NCBI GenBank assembly: GCA_963693365.1
Contig: CAVNZM010000024.1
Location: 1 to 64,000 of the forward strand
DNA: 64,000 bases
Source: Amoebidium appalachense
Taxonomy: Eukaryota; Protista; Ichthyosporea
Direction of reading: 5' to 3'
Shown here: positions 31,440-42,275 of the stretch, piece by piece
How positions within the stretch are numbered: position 1 is the stretch's first letter
Layout of the letters: each line of letters begins with the position of its first letter
The notes under the pieces: generated by a model
Seen by the model: only the letters and a program-made list of their open reading frames with translations
Database searches by the model: none
What the model was told of the DNA's origin: nothing
Translations under genes and position numbers: made by a program

Positions 31440-31650
31440 TTTCTGGCCAATGAGGACCGTAATCTTACTATCTGTGTCCTTATTGGACGCCTAGAACCAA
31501 ATGTGCCAGTCTGAATTCCGATTGGCCGCCTTGTGCGGCAATTGGCTTTTTGGAGCTGCATTATCATTGGCCGCCTTGCGCATCCGTAATACTATTGGAC
31601 GCCTTGTACAAGGAATTCAGAATTCGAATTCCTATTGGACGCCTTGCGCA
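31440..31650 (-). promoter_or_regulatory. Array of CCAAT-containing motifs AGGCG(T/G)CCAAT
   Basis: ATTGG(A/C)CGCCT at 31482, 31521, 31566, 31594, 31634. Confidence 0.7.
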
Positions 31651-31779
31651 AACCTTCGCATTCCTTTGATCCGCACTTGTGTGCATGTACGCACCACATG
31701 TACGCGTACACGTACGCGTACACGTGTTCCGCCCTCTCTCTCTAATTATTTTAATATTTAATTAAAACCACGTGTTTAT

Positions 31780-31780
<1 letters not shown>

Positions 31781-31810
<30 letters not shown>
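31781..31810 (+). repeat. (CA)15 microsatellite
   Basis: Directly visible. Confidence 0.95.
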
Positions 31811-31812
<2 letters not shown>

Positions 31813-31917
31813 GTGTGCACGTGCTCATGTACATATATCCACCCATATCACATATATCCCATATCGCGATATGTGTACACAGATATCACATATCTCATAT
31901 TCACATATCCCATATCC

Positions 31918-31987
31918 TAAGGGGTGCGGTTAATGGTCGAGGTGACGTCACCTGTGACGTCACGTCGACCATGTGCCGCGCCCCTTA
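31918..31987. repeat. 70-bp imperfect palindrome with two TGACGTCA cores, overlapping the DDE gene stop codon
   Basis: TAAGGGGTGCGGTTAATGGTCGA-GGTGACGTCACCTGTGACGTCACG-TCGACCATGTGCCGCGCCCCTTA. Confidence 0.85.
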
Positions 31988-34900
31988 TTGTAGTCTCTCG
32001 TGCAGTTCGGCCTTCAGTTTCTCGTTGAGGGCCGCCAGCACTTTATCCGCCCTATCTCGGGCGGCCTGGAGGACCGCGGGATTGGACGTGAGGACCTCTG
32101 GAAGCACAGGGGTGGCTGGGGCCTGGGGCTTCACAGGCTTCTGCTTGGCAGGACGCTGTGTGGCTACCAGCTCCTTCCGCTGCCAGGCCTTTGGGTCCGT
32201 GCTGAACAGCTGCCATCGGGGATCTCCGGTGGTGGGGGCGGTGCGCGTGTACGCACGCGCCAGGTCGGTGGTGGCGTGCCCCCTGTTGAGGGCATCGATG
32301 ACGGCCGTGCGTCCCGTTTCGGTCAGCCGCCACAGGGCGCCGGCGTGGCTGATAAAGCACGCGGGGTTCTCCAGTATGCTGTTGCGCAGGCGGCGCAGCT
32401 GGGACCGTGGCCAGTTCGGGTTATCGGGCCACTTGAGGGGTTTGTCCTGGGGGTTTGTGATCTTGACAACGCGAGTGTAGATGGTGCCTTCTGGTGCAAA
32501 GAAGCCCATGCGGTCCTTGCGGATGTTGGCGTTGCGGGTGATGTTGATGGGCAGACCATAGCCGCACTTCTTCATCCAGTTGACGATGTAGTCCGGGTTC
32601 CGCTCGATCAGTGAGCAGCCGTCCTGGATCAGCTTGCGAAGGTGGTAGTAGGTCTTGGGGTAGTGGGAGCGCACGTGCTGCTTGACAAAGCCGATGGCCA
32701 ACTCGGCGACGTTGTACTTGGAGTTGTAGGGGGGAGCCACTGGAAGCGCCAATGCTTGCTCACGGCGAGCTGCCTGATGTCCGGCAAGTTTTCCTTGGTG
32801 TTGTGCACGGGGGCGTTGTCCATGCACAGGATTGCGCCGTTCGTGCGTGGGTCGGCCCCCAGGACGTACTCCAAGAACACGTAGAACGCACGACCGTCAA
32901 GCTCGTCAGGCACCAGGCTTTCGTTGGAAAGCTCGGCTTGGGGCTCGCGGCCGTGGGGGGCGAGAGGCCGGTAGTTGAACAGCGGGTCGTCGGACGGCCG
33001 AGGACTGAGAATCAGGTAGTTGACCACGGCCCGCATGTTTCCATCGTTGTCCGCCTTGGGGAACCCCACGGAAATCAGCAGCTTTGTGCCGATGCCGCGC
33101 AGCTTGGGCTTGGGGGTTTTGTGATGCGAGCCGCGGTGCCCCCACACGCGGCCAGGGGTCTCATCCAGGTACACGGAGGCCTCGTCGATGAAAAGCAGAT
33201 TCTGGCGGTTGTCCTGCAGGTGTGGCAAGCGCTCGACCTCAAAGTACTGGGTGGCGGCAGCCACGGACCTTACAAAGGTGTTTGTCGGGTCGCCCTCCCC
33301 ACGGCGGTACGTCAGCCCAAGCCGCTTGCGCCACTTGTTGAGCGTGGACACCGACACGTTCATGCGCTCGGATTCGGGCAGGCCAGGCAGTGCGTTGTAG
33401 GCGGCCATGAGCTTCTCGCTGGTCAGGTTGGGTACCTTGGTCGTGAGCTCGTAGAGCACGATCTTCTGTGTGTCCGTCAGCTTGGTGGATTTCTCATGGG
33501 CCCTTGCGAGGTTGGTGCCGTGCCGGCTGCTGAACTCGCCGTGCTTGAGGGCACGTGCTATTACCCGCCGCACGGTCTGCGTGCTGACCTTGAGCCTCTG
33601 TGCGGTGTCCGTGAGCCTCTCGTCCCGCAGGTGCGCAAGCAGGATGGCATCGCGGATGTCCTGCGTGTATGCCTTCCCACGGCCCAGGCGTCCTACGGGC
33701 TGTTCGGCAGTTCTCAGCGTGTGCACTTCGACGTCTGCGGGCAGGGGCTGTGCGAGGGGTTCCTCCCCGTACCAACGCCCCCCGGCACCAGCAGCAGGCG
33801 GGCGCCCCCGGGGCCCACCACCCACAGGGCCTCCTCTGCCCCCAGGGCGACCTTGTTGTCGGGGAGGAGCCTCAGCGTGAAGGAGCCTTTCGATGCCACG
33901 GTGCTTCGGGATGGCAGGGGTTCATAGACCACGGAGCGGACAGGCGAAGGGCTGTCAGGCGCGTCGACGTTGAGAAGATCACCTGTGGACTCCAAGGGCA
34001 TCAGCCGCTGGCGCTCCAGCTGGTACAGCGCCAGAGGGGGGTTTCCCCCGGGCTGGGGTGGGTAGAACCCCGCGACCGTGGCCTTAGACTTGTACACAAC
34101 GGGCCTGCCCGTGTGCTCGATGACGTGCATCGCCACGAGCATTGCGCGCGGGACAAAGCGGTCGAGCCTGACGACCAGGTACGTCATCGGCCGGAAGTGC
34201 TTGGAGATGTGCGGATCCACAAACACGATCCCGCACACCGAGTCCGTAATGTCGGATGTTGTGTTGACGGCGGTGCCCGGCGACCGGGGCCTCCCGGCGG
34301 TGTACAGGCCCGCAAGCTGCTCCCGCTTCCGGTCGGCCCAGGCGGCGATGGCCGTGCGAGCGTTGTCCGGGCTCACGCCCAGCGCATGTGCAACCGTGGC
34401 AAGTTCCTGGGCGGTGGAGTCGGCAGTGGTGGGTGTGGGCGCCTCTGCTCTTCGGCGGGTCGAAACGGCATTGGCAACAAGACGGCTGCGGGCGTCATCG
34501 AAACGGGTTTCTGAGAGCTCAGGCCGGCCGAGATCGGCGTAGAAGCGTTTGTGCATCTCCCTTTCATCATCGATGCTGGTGGCTCCGGGGGGGCGTGTGA
34601 CCCGAGGTGAATACGCTTACCATCTCGAAGGTCAAGATCCTGGTCATCGGCAAGGGCCCGCAGGATGTGCTGGACACGGCCGTAGTACTCCTGCCCTGAA
34701 AGGTCGCGCGCAACACTCATGGTCAGTTCCTTGAGGGCCTGCCGCATGGTCGCACGATCGGTACCGGCTGCGCGCAGCTCCTTGGCCAGCTTTGCACGCT
34801 CGGCGATGAGTGTCTGGAGCGCGTGCTTGTAGGGGTAGGCCCGTTCGTCGTCCTCGCGGTGGACTCCTTCCACAAACTCAGGCCGTGGCAGCCCGGGCAC

Positions 34901-35563
34901 CATCAGGGCGAGCGCCTCGAGCATGTTGGGCTCTCCGGGATCATCGGAGTCTTCCGGCGCTTTGCCCTCCTTTGCTTTCTGGGAATCCCTTACGTTTTTT
35001 CCAGCTATGCGCTGGGCCTCCGCAAGGGCGGCATACGCCATTCGGATGCGCTCGGGATGGTCCGGTGTCGTGGGGTGGCGTGTCTTCCGATTTTCCACCT
35101 CCTTGGCGAAAAGCGCGTGGCCCCTAGAGTCCGTGACACCCTCGAGCTTGACCAGGCGCGGCGTGCTTGTGCGAACATACGCCTTGCTCAGTATCCCCTG
35201 AACGTTCTCGGCAGTTACACGGGCATCATCGAGGGGTTCTTGGGTCAGGTCCTTGCCTGCAAGCTCCTCCCACCAGGTCTCGGATCGGGACGGTGGGGTT
35301 TGTGTAGGCGGGGCGGGTGCGTACATGGGATCACGGACACGGAATCGCAGGTTCAGATTGCCATCCCTGGCCTGCCTATCGGTGCCGGTGTTGTATGACG
35401 GGTGACGCGGGTCCTGCACCAGCTGTGCGAGGGGGAAAGGGTCATCGGCTCGGGATTCTAGAAAGAAGCGGCCAGGATTCTCGGCACTTGGCCAGGCATC
35501 GGCCACGACTTTATTGGACTGAGTGTCCACCACAACATACCCCGGTCTACGGGACCGGTCCAT
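31985..35563 (-). CDS. Giant IS630/Tc1-mariner-family DDE transposase-like protein (~1193 aa reconstructed; three single-base homopolymer frameshifts)
   Basis: HTH RGKAYTQDIRDAI...TAQRLKVSTQTVRRVI; LFIDEAS; CMDNAPVH; LPP/YNSKYNVAE. ORFs 34373-35563, 33714-34556, 32629-33825 and 31985-32827 join at G7 (34587-93), C6 (33778-83) and G6 (32729-34). Confidence 0.8.
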
Positions 35564-35582
35564 GCCCCAGGCGTGGAAAATC

Positions 35583-36368
35583 TCACAATGGGCACAGATG
35601 GAAGGCTAGGACGCCTAAGTCACTGACGGCGTACTCGAATCGGATGAGCTTGTTACTGGACATGTGTATCCTGACGTTGCTGTTCACGCACGCGCCCTTG
35701 CAGAACGCGCTGAGATACTTGACCATGAACTGCGCCTTGACCTTCTCGATCGGGACCTTCTTGAACTCCACACCCGTGGCTTTTCCCCTTCTGATCTTCA
35801 GCGCGTCCTCTCCCTTTTCGGGGATGTCTATCCTGCACTTCCCCAGCGCGCCCAGCGCACGCAGCCGGAGCGTGCGATCCGCGACAGTGATCTTCACGAC
35901 ATTGGACACGGCCTGGATGTCCCTCAGGTAGCGCGCAAGCTCCTGGGCGTCGATGACAAAGACACAGTCGTAATCGAGCGATGGGGCGTCGAGGATTTGC
36001 CGCACCTCCTTGACCAGGGTCATGTTGTACACGATGCAGCTGCTGTCATCGGTGGTCTCCATCTTGACCTGCAGGGTGTCGTCCGTGGCGGTGAATGCGA
36101 TGCTGTTGAAGCGGTGGGCGGTGGCGTTCTTGACGATCTTGTACAGGTTCTGGATCTCGAACGTGGCGGTCACATCGTTGGGTACGTCGAAGATCTCAAA
36201 CTTGTCGGGGTGCAGCTTCATGTAGACGTAGGCCTTCTTTGCATTGTCAACTGCGGGCAGAACAAAGCCCTCCTTCCCACTGAACAGCACGGTCACCTCG
36301 CCGAGGATGTCCTTGACGCTGTCGATGGCGCATTTGAACGTGTTGACTTGCACGGTCTTGACGAGCAT
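35583..36368 (-). CDS. PCNA: Proliferating cell nuclear antigen (DNA sliding clamp)
   Basis: 261 aa; FKCAIDSVKDILGEV, VYMKL...FEIF, YLRDIQAVSNVVKI, FMVKYLSAFCK, IRFEYAVSDLGVLAFHLCP; CCACCATG start. Confidence 0.92.
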   Translation of the reverse strand: MLVKTVQVNTFKCAIDSVKDILGEVTVLFSGKEGFVLPAVDNAKKAYVYMKLHPDKFEIFDVPNDVTATFEIQNLYKIVKNATAHRFNSIAFTATDDTLQVKMETTDDSSCIVYNMTLVKEVRQILDAPSLDYDCVFVIDAQELARYLRDIQAVSNVVKITVADRTLRLRALGALGKCRIDIPEKGEDALKIRRGKATGVEFKKVPIEKVKAQFMVKYLSAFCKGACVNSNVRIHMSSNKLIRFEYAVSDLGVLAFHLCPL

Positions 36369-36404
36369 GGTGGGGGACTGACGCTGAACGTGCCGGCAAC
36401 GCTG

Positions 36405-36414
36405 TTTTTATACC
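36405..36414 (-). promoter_or_regulatory. TATA-like box GGTATAAAAA upstream of PCNA
   Basis: ~37 bp before the ATG; same motif at 53757, 54794 and 54848. Confidence 0.55.
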
Positions 36415-36456
36415 CTTGGGGGCCCGGGGGTTGGGGCTTTTTTCTATACAACCGGT

Positions 36457-37287
36457 ATGAATTCTGGATCCATGGACCGCACGCTGCTGTACATGGGCAT
36501 CATCGCAGCTGGCTTCTACTACTACAACAAGAGGGCGTCGGCATGGCCAACAGCACCTACGTTCCAGCCTGAGGACAGTGACCCGGGGCAACAGCCCGGA
36601 TTCAACAACGACCCTGGCATGCAGTGGGGGCTGCAACCCTCCGACAGCCCATTTGACCGAGACCTGGCACTTGCATACCGGGACAGTGCTAGGGGGTTCG
36701 ACGACGATACCGTCGCCATGGGCAACCAGGAGTACTTTGGAGACGAGGAGGACGAGTACGTGCTCGGCTACGACGAGTACGCCACGGCCGACGGCGGGGG
36801 CACGGTCGTCAACACGGGCAACGGGCCAGTTACGGTACCGCAGGCGCCTCCTTCGACGCGGGCTGTGCAGCAGGCTTCGGTGGTTCCCTCAGGCACACCG
36901 TCAGCGCTCATCGGCGCGCCCGCACGTCCGGCTGTGCACCCCAACCTTGTGCAGACCGTGCATCGGGCAGGGCCAAACGTCAGCAACTCCACCATGGACG
37001 CGATCTCACAGATCCGGGGCACGGGCCTCTTCACGGGCAGCGAGATGCGGCCGCGTGAGAGGCTGAGCGTGGCGAAGCTGACGCCGCAGGAGGTGCTTGC
37101 CGCCACGACACGTCCCCGCAACGTGGCGGCACCCGCCGTGTACAAGAAGAACGGCAACCTTCAGCTACGACCCGACCCAGCGATCCACAGCGCCGGGTTG
37201 GACAACCTCCCGTCCATCAGCACACAGCGCGACCTCAGGCAGCGCGAGTCGTTCTCAAACGAGCTGGCGTCGACACTGCTTTTTTGA
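36457..37287 (+). CDS. NCLDV minor capsid protein P11-like, N-terminal membrane anchor
   Basis: LLYMGIIAAGFYYY TM segment; C-terminal LTPQEVL...KKNGNLQLRPDPAI resembles the P11 NANLQLRS.PP motif. Confidence 0.6.
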   Translation: MNSGSMDRTLLYMGIIAAGFYYYNKRASAWPTAPTFQPEDSDPGQQPGFNNDPGMQWGLQPSDSPFDRDLALAYRDSARGFDDDTVAMGNQEYFGDEEDEYVLGYDEYATADGGGTVVNTGNGPVTVPQAPPSTRAVQQASVVPSGTPSALIGAPARPAVHPNLVQTVHRAGPNVSNSTMDAISQIRGTGLFTGSEMRPRERLSVAKLTPQEVLAATTRPRNVAAPAVYKKNGNLQLRPDPAIHSAGLDNLPSISTQRDLRQRESFSNELASTLLF

Positions 37288-37344
37288 ACGAAATAAAGGG
37301 GGGGGATGAAACCCCCCCCCCCCCCCCCCTCCCCAAGATGCACC

Positions 37345-37566
37345 GACCGTGTTCTCCCCCCCGAGCAGCCCGACCCGCCCGGACCGTTTTCTTACCAAAC
37401 CAGAGAGAACAGGACGGCGGGCGCGACCCTTTGGCCCGCGAATTCGTAGAGAAAACGGTCCTCGGCCCCACCATGTCTCCCGCGGACAAAGAGAACACCG
37501 TGGCACCCGTTGCAATGTCTCCGAAATTTCTAGAGAACAGGGTCGTGGGGTTGACCCTGTTCGCCC
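37345..37566 (-). repeat. Iteron-like ~42-bp-period array, copy A (inverted homolog of 59240-59464)
   Basis: AGAGAA(C/A)A at 37404, 37448, 37490, 37532; reverse complement aligns along its length with 59240-59464. Confidence 0.85.
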
Positions 37567-37669
37567 TGTCCAGGACCGCTTTTATTGAATAAAGGAGCCC
37601 CTCCCGGAATATAGGCAAGCAAAATATTCGATCAGTGGATTGCATGATTATCATCGGCGCTGTAAGCAA

Positions 37670-38976
37670 ATGTTGCGTTGCAAAGAACTGGTGTGCATGG
37701 AGCAGGCACTCGTGCCCCACTCCATCTCATTCGACACGGGCACCCTGAACCTCGAGGATGCGGCAGCGTGCGTGGCCCAAGTCCTCCCCTACTCCGTTCC
37801 GGTTGAGGGGCCGTGCGCGGGGCTGACGCTGGGCGCGGCGGTGGGGGTCCTGAACAGCGCGCTGACGGTCAAGGACGATAACGTGTTGTCCACGGTGAAT
37901 GAAATCAACGCAACATTGAGAAGCCATCAAGCTAGTCTGGCTCTCAAGGCTGAGAAGACTGCACTGGCAGCGCTTGCCGAGGTGGTTAATACAAAAGCAG
38001 ATGAAGTTAGTGTGGCGGAGCGCCTAGACCAGAAAGCAGATAAGATCACGATCGACACAACTCTCGATGGCATCACGCAGGAGTTTGGTGACCGGTGCAC
38101 AAACATCGAACAGCAAGTCCTTCTAAAAGAAGAGAAGAGTGTGGTGGCCCAGCTCCGCAGTGACTTCACCGAACGGACTGTCTATGTAGACAGCGAATTG
38201 TCGAACAGGGAGACCAAGGCCGTGGTGGGGAAGCTCAGAAACAACTTTACTGATAGGACCGCCTATGTCGATGGCGAACTCGCACCTTAGGGAGTCCAAG
38301 GCCGTGGTTGCAACATTAAGAACCGATTTCACTAACAGAACCGTTTACGTAGACGGCCATTGCTAGCAAGGCAAGCGTGAAGCCACCATTGTGGATGCTT
38401 TGCAGAGCACCGTGCAGACACGCACGGCACAACCCTAGCGGCGAAAGCAGAACTCAAGTTACGTAGACGGCCTTCTAGCCAAAAAGCGGAAGCTACCATT
38501 GTGGATGCCTTGACCAGCTGCGCACCGATTGCACAACCCTAGCGGCGAAAGCAGACTCACCTACGTTAACGGGCTTCTGGTCAAAAAGGGATTTTTTTTT
38601 TTTTTTTGTGTCGGCGAAAGCAGACTCAAGCACTGTGCAGGCACTCCAAACAACCGTCAAGACTCAAGGCACTACGCTGGCTGCGAAAGCCGATAAATGC
38701 TATTGCGATACGCAGTTGAACACCAAAGCAAACACCAGCGTGGTCGGCACCTACACCACCCCCACCACGGGCCCCGCCGCCACCAAAACCACCATCTCAG
38801 CCGCCGTGCTCGCGCTGAACGCGAGCGCCCCGCCGGCCAACGTGGGCACGTGGGCCGCGCCGACCGTGGGGCCCGCCGCGGGCAAGGCGACGATCGCCGA
38901 GGCCGTGCTGGCCATCAACGACCATGTGGACCGGCTGACGTCGGCGCTCGAGGCGCTGGTCGCCCGGCTTGAGTAA
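37670..38976 (+). pseudogene. Fibre-like coiled-coil protein with KAD/KAE repeats; multiple frameshifts at 38285-38610
   Basis: ORFs 37640-38290 and 38608-38976 share KAD and TAYVD repeats; the region between is similar but broken, with a T16 run. Confidence 0.7.
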
Positions 38977-38988
38977 AGTCTGACAAGT

Positions 38989-40617
38989 TCACGCATTTAT
39001 GTTGAGATACCAGCCGGCCCAGTCGCACCAGCGCCACGTCAGGTTCCGTGTGGCGTCATAGTAGTCCACGTCCTTGTACTGCTGCGCGTCGACGGTGCCA
39101 TCTGGCTTTGCGCCCTCGAGGTCGTCCAGGCGCACGATGCTTCCCGTGTAGTAGTTGCCAGTCGTTTGTGCGGGCCACGGGGAGCCCGTGTAGAAGGAGG
39201 ACACCAGAGGTTCATTGTTGTCGCTTGTAAAATCAAATTTCGCACACGAAACGCCTGGGTTGGCGGCCTCCATGAGGCGCCCCATTTCGTTTGTGTCCCA
39301 GAACGGTTCCGTACTATCCCTGACCGACTGCTTGGTTTTTGCGGTGTTGATTGCCACATTATAAGGCAGTGCCACGTATCTGTACTTTGTAGCCTGAGGG
39401 ACAACACAGACAAACTTTGTTTTGTGGCCGTACGATACGCTTATCTCATCCATGCCGACGTCCAATAGTATGTTCTCGTTGTTGATGGCGCCTCCGAAAA
39501 TATAGGAATCGCTTCTCCCGTCGCTGACAAGATAGGCGGGAACGGGTGTGTTCGAGAGCCAACTGAGGGACTCCGTGCAGAGGGCGCCTGGTGGGGCGGT
39601 CCAGCTATCCGATCCGAAGCTCGGGTACCTCCTCTCAACGGCGACAAAGCCCGGCTTGGGGACAAGGTAGAAGAAGTTGTCCGTTTGGAACATGTTGCGG
39701 TACAGAGAGGGCATGCCTGCGACACCTGGTGCTGCATACGTGCCTGCAAGGGACCCGGTGGTAACATTGACACATCGGACCGTTCCAAATTTCGAGCCGT
39801 GCGCCCACGTGAAGCACAAAGCTGCGAAGGTAGGACCCTCCTTGTAGATTATCCCAAACGTCACGGCCCCGGGCGGCACGCGCGGGCTGCGGACCCAGCG
39901 GTAGCCGGGCCCGTCGATCTCGTTGAGCACGAGCGAGCGGGCGTCGCGGCCGGGCACGCCCAGGTCGTACGTCCACAGCTCGATGTCCTTGACGGCGTGC
40001 TCGGTGTAGTCGGCCGTGGATGTGTAGGCGCACAGCGAGAGAAAGGTACTGGCGGTGGATGAGGGGGTCAGGTCGGCCAGTGTGTATGTCAGGCGCAGCC
40101 GGCCGAGCGAACAGAACACGTAGCCGGCGTCCGGGGCGATGCTTATGACGCACGTCTGCCAGGCGCCGTTGGTGCCGTTGGCCGGCCATCCCAGGAAGTT
40201 GAACGAGCCGTTGGGCTGGTAGGACACGACCTTCCCGGACCCCGGATTGAACTGCAGGCGGAACTCCTTGCCGGCGACGGCTCCGTTTGGGAACGAGTTG
40301 GCCTGGTTCCACGACACGTACAGGGCCTCCTTCTGCGGGGTGGACCCGGCGCCGGTCCTGAACTTGAAGGACAGCACGAAGCGCTGCCCGGGGCACACGG
40401 GCCAGTACACGTAGCCGGTCTGGTTGGCGGCGCGGTTGGTGAGGCGGATCTCGGCATTGGCCCTGTTCATGTAGGCGCTGCCGCCGAGCGTGCCGGTGGT
40501 GGGGCACGCCCAGTTGGTGCGGGCCCAGTTCTCGGGGGTCTCCTGGAGCACACATCGGGGGGGCGAGCCCTCGATGTTGAGGATGCGCTGTGTGAGGCGG
40601 GCGAGGCGGTCCGCCAT
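38989..40617 (-). CDS. Lectin-domain fibre/adhesin paralog 1 (L-type lectin-like + DM9-like), 542 aa
   Basis: Starts MADRLARLTQRI; GGSAYMNRANAEIRLT...QTGYVYW...F.LSFKF; EHAVKDI; VPPGAVTFG. Confidence 0.75.
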   Translation of the reverse strand: MADRLARLTQRILNIEGSPPRCVLQETPENWARTNWACPTTGTLGGSAYMNRANAEIRLTNRAANQTGYVYWPVCPGQRFVLSFKFRTGAGSTPQKEALYVSWNQANSFPNGAVAGKEFRLQFNPGSGKVVSYQPNGSFNFLGWPANGTNGAWQTCVISIAPDAGYVFCSLGRLRLTYTLADLTPSSTASTFLSLCAYTSTADYTEHAVKDIELWTYDLGVPGRDARSLVLNEIDGPGYRWVRSPRVPPGAVTFGIIYKEGPTFAALCFTWAHGSKFGTVRCVNVTTGSLAGTYAAPGVAGMPSLYRNMFQTDNFFYLVPKPGFVAVERRYPSFGSDSWTAPPGALCTESLSWLSNTPVPAYLVSDGRSDSYIFGGAINNENILLDVGMDEISVSYGHKTKFVCVVPQATKYRYVALPYNVAINTAKTKQSVRDSTEPFWDTNEMGRLMEAANPGVSCAKFDFTSDNNEPLVSSFYTGSPWPAQTTGNYYTGSIVRLDDLEGAKPDGTVDAQQYKDVDYYDATRNLTWRWCDWAGWYLNINA

Positions 40618-40650
40618 TGAGTAGGGCAAAACAAATGTGCGCAGTGGGCA

Positions 40651-42252
40651 ATGGCGGACCGGCTGGCGACGCTGGACGCGCGAATCGACAAGCTGGCAGG
40701 GCGGCACACGACGACGCTGGTGCTTGAGAACGCCGAAACGTGGAGCGCCACGCAGCAGGGCACGGCGTGGGTGGCGCCGGCGGCGGGCGTGCTGGGGGGG
40801 ACTGCGTACATGAACAGGGCGGGGGGGGAGATCCGGCTGACGGACAAGCAGAGCAGCCAGCACGGCTATGTGGTGTGGGTAATGCCACCCGTGGACAACT
40901 TCCAGCTTGCTTTCCAGTTCAGGGCCGGCGACGGCACGACCAGCGGTGCCGATGCCTTGTGGGCCAACTGGTTTAGCTTGGGGCAACGGTACTCCGGCCA
41001 GCGATACCAGGGGGAAGACGAGCTGCTGCAGCCCGGGGCGTACCGGCTGACGTTTGACGAGTACGAGGCGCAGTCGCGGGTGTACTTTGGCGCCACGGTG
41101 CTGGGCACAGCCACGTACCCCCGAGCCGGCACCAACGGGGTGTGGTGGACGTGCATGGTGCGGTTTGCCGCCAAGACCAACGGGCTGCAGGTGCTGCTGG
41201 ACAAGGGAGCGGGCTGGACGCAGCTGCACACCCAGACACCCACACAGCCTGCCCCCACGCGCGCGACCATCCTCTCACTGTGCGCACGCACGGGCGGGCT
41301 CTCGTGCGAGCACGCCGTGCGCAACATCACGCTCACCACCAACACGCCGTCGCCCGGGTGCGACGCCGCGCTGACGGCCATCAACGAGCTCGAGTTTCCC
41401 ACGCACACGCTTGTGCGTGCGAGCCGACCGCCGCCGGGGGCCGTGACGTTTGGGGTACATGTTAATCTGGGGCCGATCTATGCGGGGTTCTGCGCATCAG
41501 CACACGGCATGGTGCCGTGCAAGATTTCGGCGATCGGAAGCCCGATGACGGCGTACTACGCCCTGGGTGGGGCGTCCTACTCAAGCACAACGTTCTTCTA
41601 TGTGGTGCCCAAGGCCGGGTTTGTTGCAACGCGCAGGCGGCAGATCGGGGGACCGCCCAATAGCGCGCTGTACATCGGCAAACCACGGGCAGCGCAAGAG
41701 CGTGGCGCCCTGTACCTCATCTCTCTGGAACGCACGGACACGTTCACGTACGGCTCGTACGAGCCGGGGGGTTCGATCCTGTGTGAATACATGGGCGCTA
41801 TCACGCTTACAGACGACGGGTCGTGGGAGTACGTGTGCGTCGTCCCGCAGACCACCAAGGGGCGGTACGTGACGCTCCCACGAGGCGTCTGCACAAGTTC
41901 TGTAGGTGGTGAGTGGTCACCGGCGACTACCTTCACGGGCCTGGACGTGGACGAGATCGTGGCGGAGGGCGAGCGCATGGCGGCCGCAAAAGGGGTCACG
42001 CTCATGGCCGTGGACTACTCGTACAAGCCGGCACTGGGGCGGGGGTACTACTTCAAGCCGGCCCCGTCGTGGCCGGCCAAGACCACGTGGCGGGACGGGG
42101 CGTGCATCATCCGCACCGACGTGTTCGAGAACGCCAAGCCGCGTGTATCGCCAACGGCGTACACCAACGCCGACTACACGGACACCAACCTGCTGGTGTG
42201 GCGCTGGCACGCTGCCTGTGGCTGGTACCTGAACATGGCCATGCTCGCCTAG
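40651..42252 (+). CDS. Lectin-domain fibre/adhesin paralog 2 (533 aa)
   Basis: EIRLTDKQSSQHGYVVW...FQFRAGDGTTSGADA (legume-lectin-like); PPGAVTFG...PIYAG...GMVPCKI (DM9-like). Confidence 0.8.
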   Translation: MADRLATLDARIDKLAGRHTTTLVLENAETWSATQQGTAWVAPAAGVLGGTAYMNRAGGEIRLTDKQSSQHGYVVWVMPPVDNFQLAFQFRAGDGTTSGADALWANWFSLGQRYSGQRYQGEDELLQPGAYRLTFDEYEAQSRVYFGATVLGTATYPRAGTNGVWWTCMVRFAAKTNGLQVLLDKGAGWTQLHTQTPTQPAPTRATILSLCARTGGLSCEHAVRNITLTTNTPSPGCDAALTAINELEFPTHTLVRASRPPPGAVTFGVHVNLGPIYAGFCASAHGMVPCKISAIGSPMTAYYALGGASYSSTTFFYVVPKAGFVATRRRQIGGPPNSALYIGKPRAAQERGALYLISLERTDTFTYGSYEPGGSILCEYMGAITLTDDGSWEYVCVVPQTTKGRYVTLPRGVCTSSVGGEWSPATTFTGLDVDEIVAEGERMAAAKGVTLMAVDYSYKPALGRGYYFKPAPSWPAKTTWRDGACIIRTDVFENAKPRVSPTAYTNADYTDTNLLVWRWHAACGWYLNMAMLA

Positions 42253-42275
42253 CACATTTTGTGGGGGACTGCATT

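Noticed and set aside
31985-32700. Fanzor/TnpB nuclease associated with the IS630-like gene
   Set aside because: No RuvC motifs or zinc finger are visible in the C-terminal extension or neighbouring ORFs.
32729-32734. Programmed -1 ribosomal frameshift in the transposase
   Set aside because: It falls inside the conserved LPPY motif at a plain C6 run, and two similar one-base losses occur upstream; error or mutation is more likely.
40618-41229. N-terminal extensions of ORFs 38989-41229 and 41913-44660
   Set aside because: They overlap neighbouring paralogs; the shared M(A/G)DR starts place the true ATGs at 40617 and 42276.
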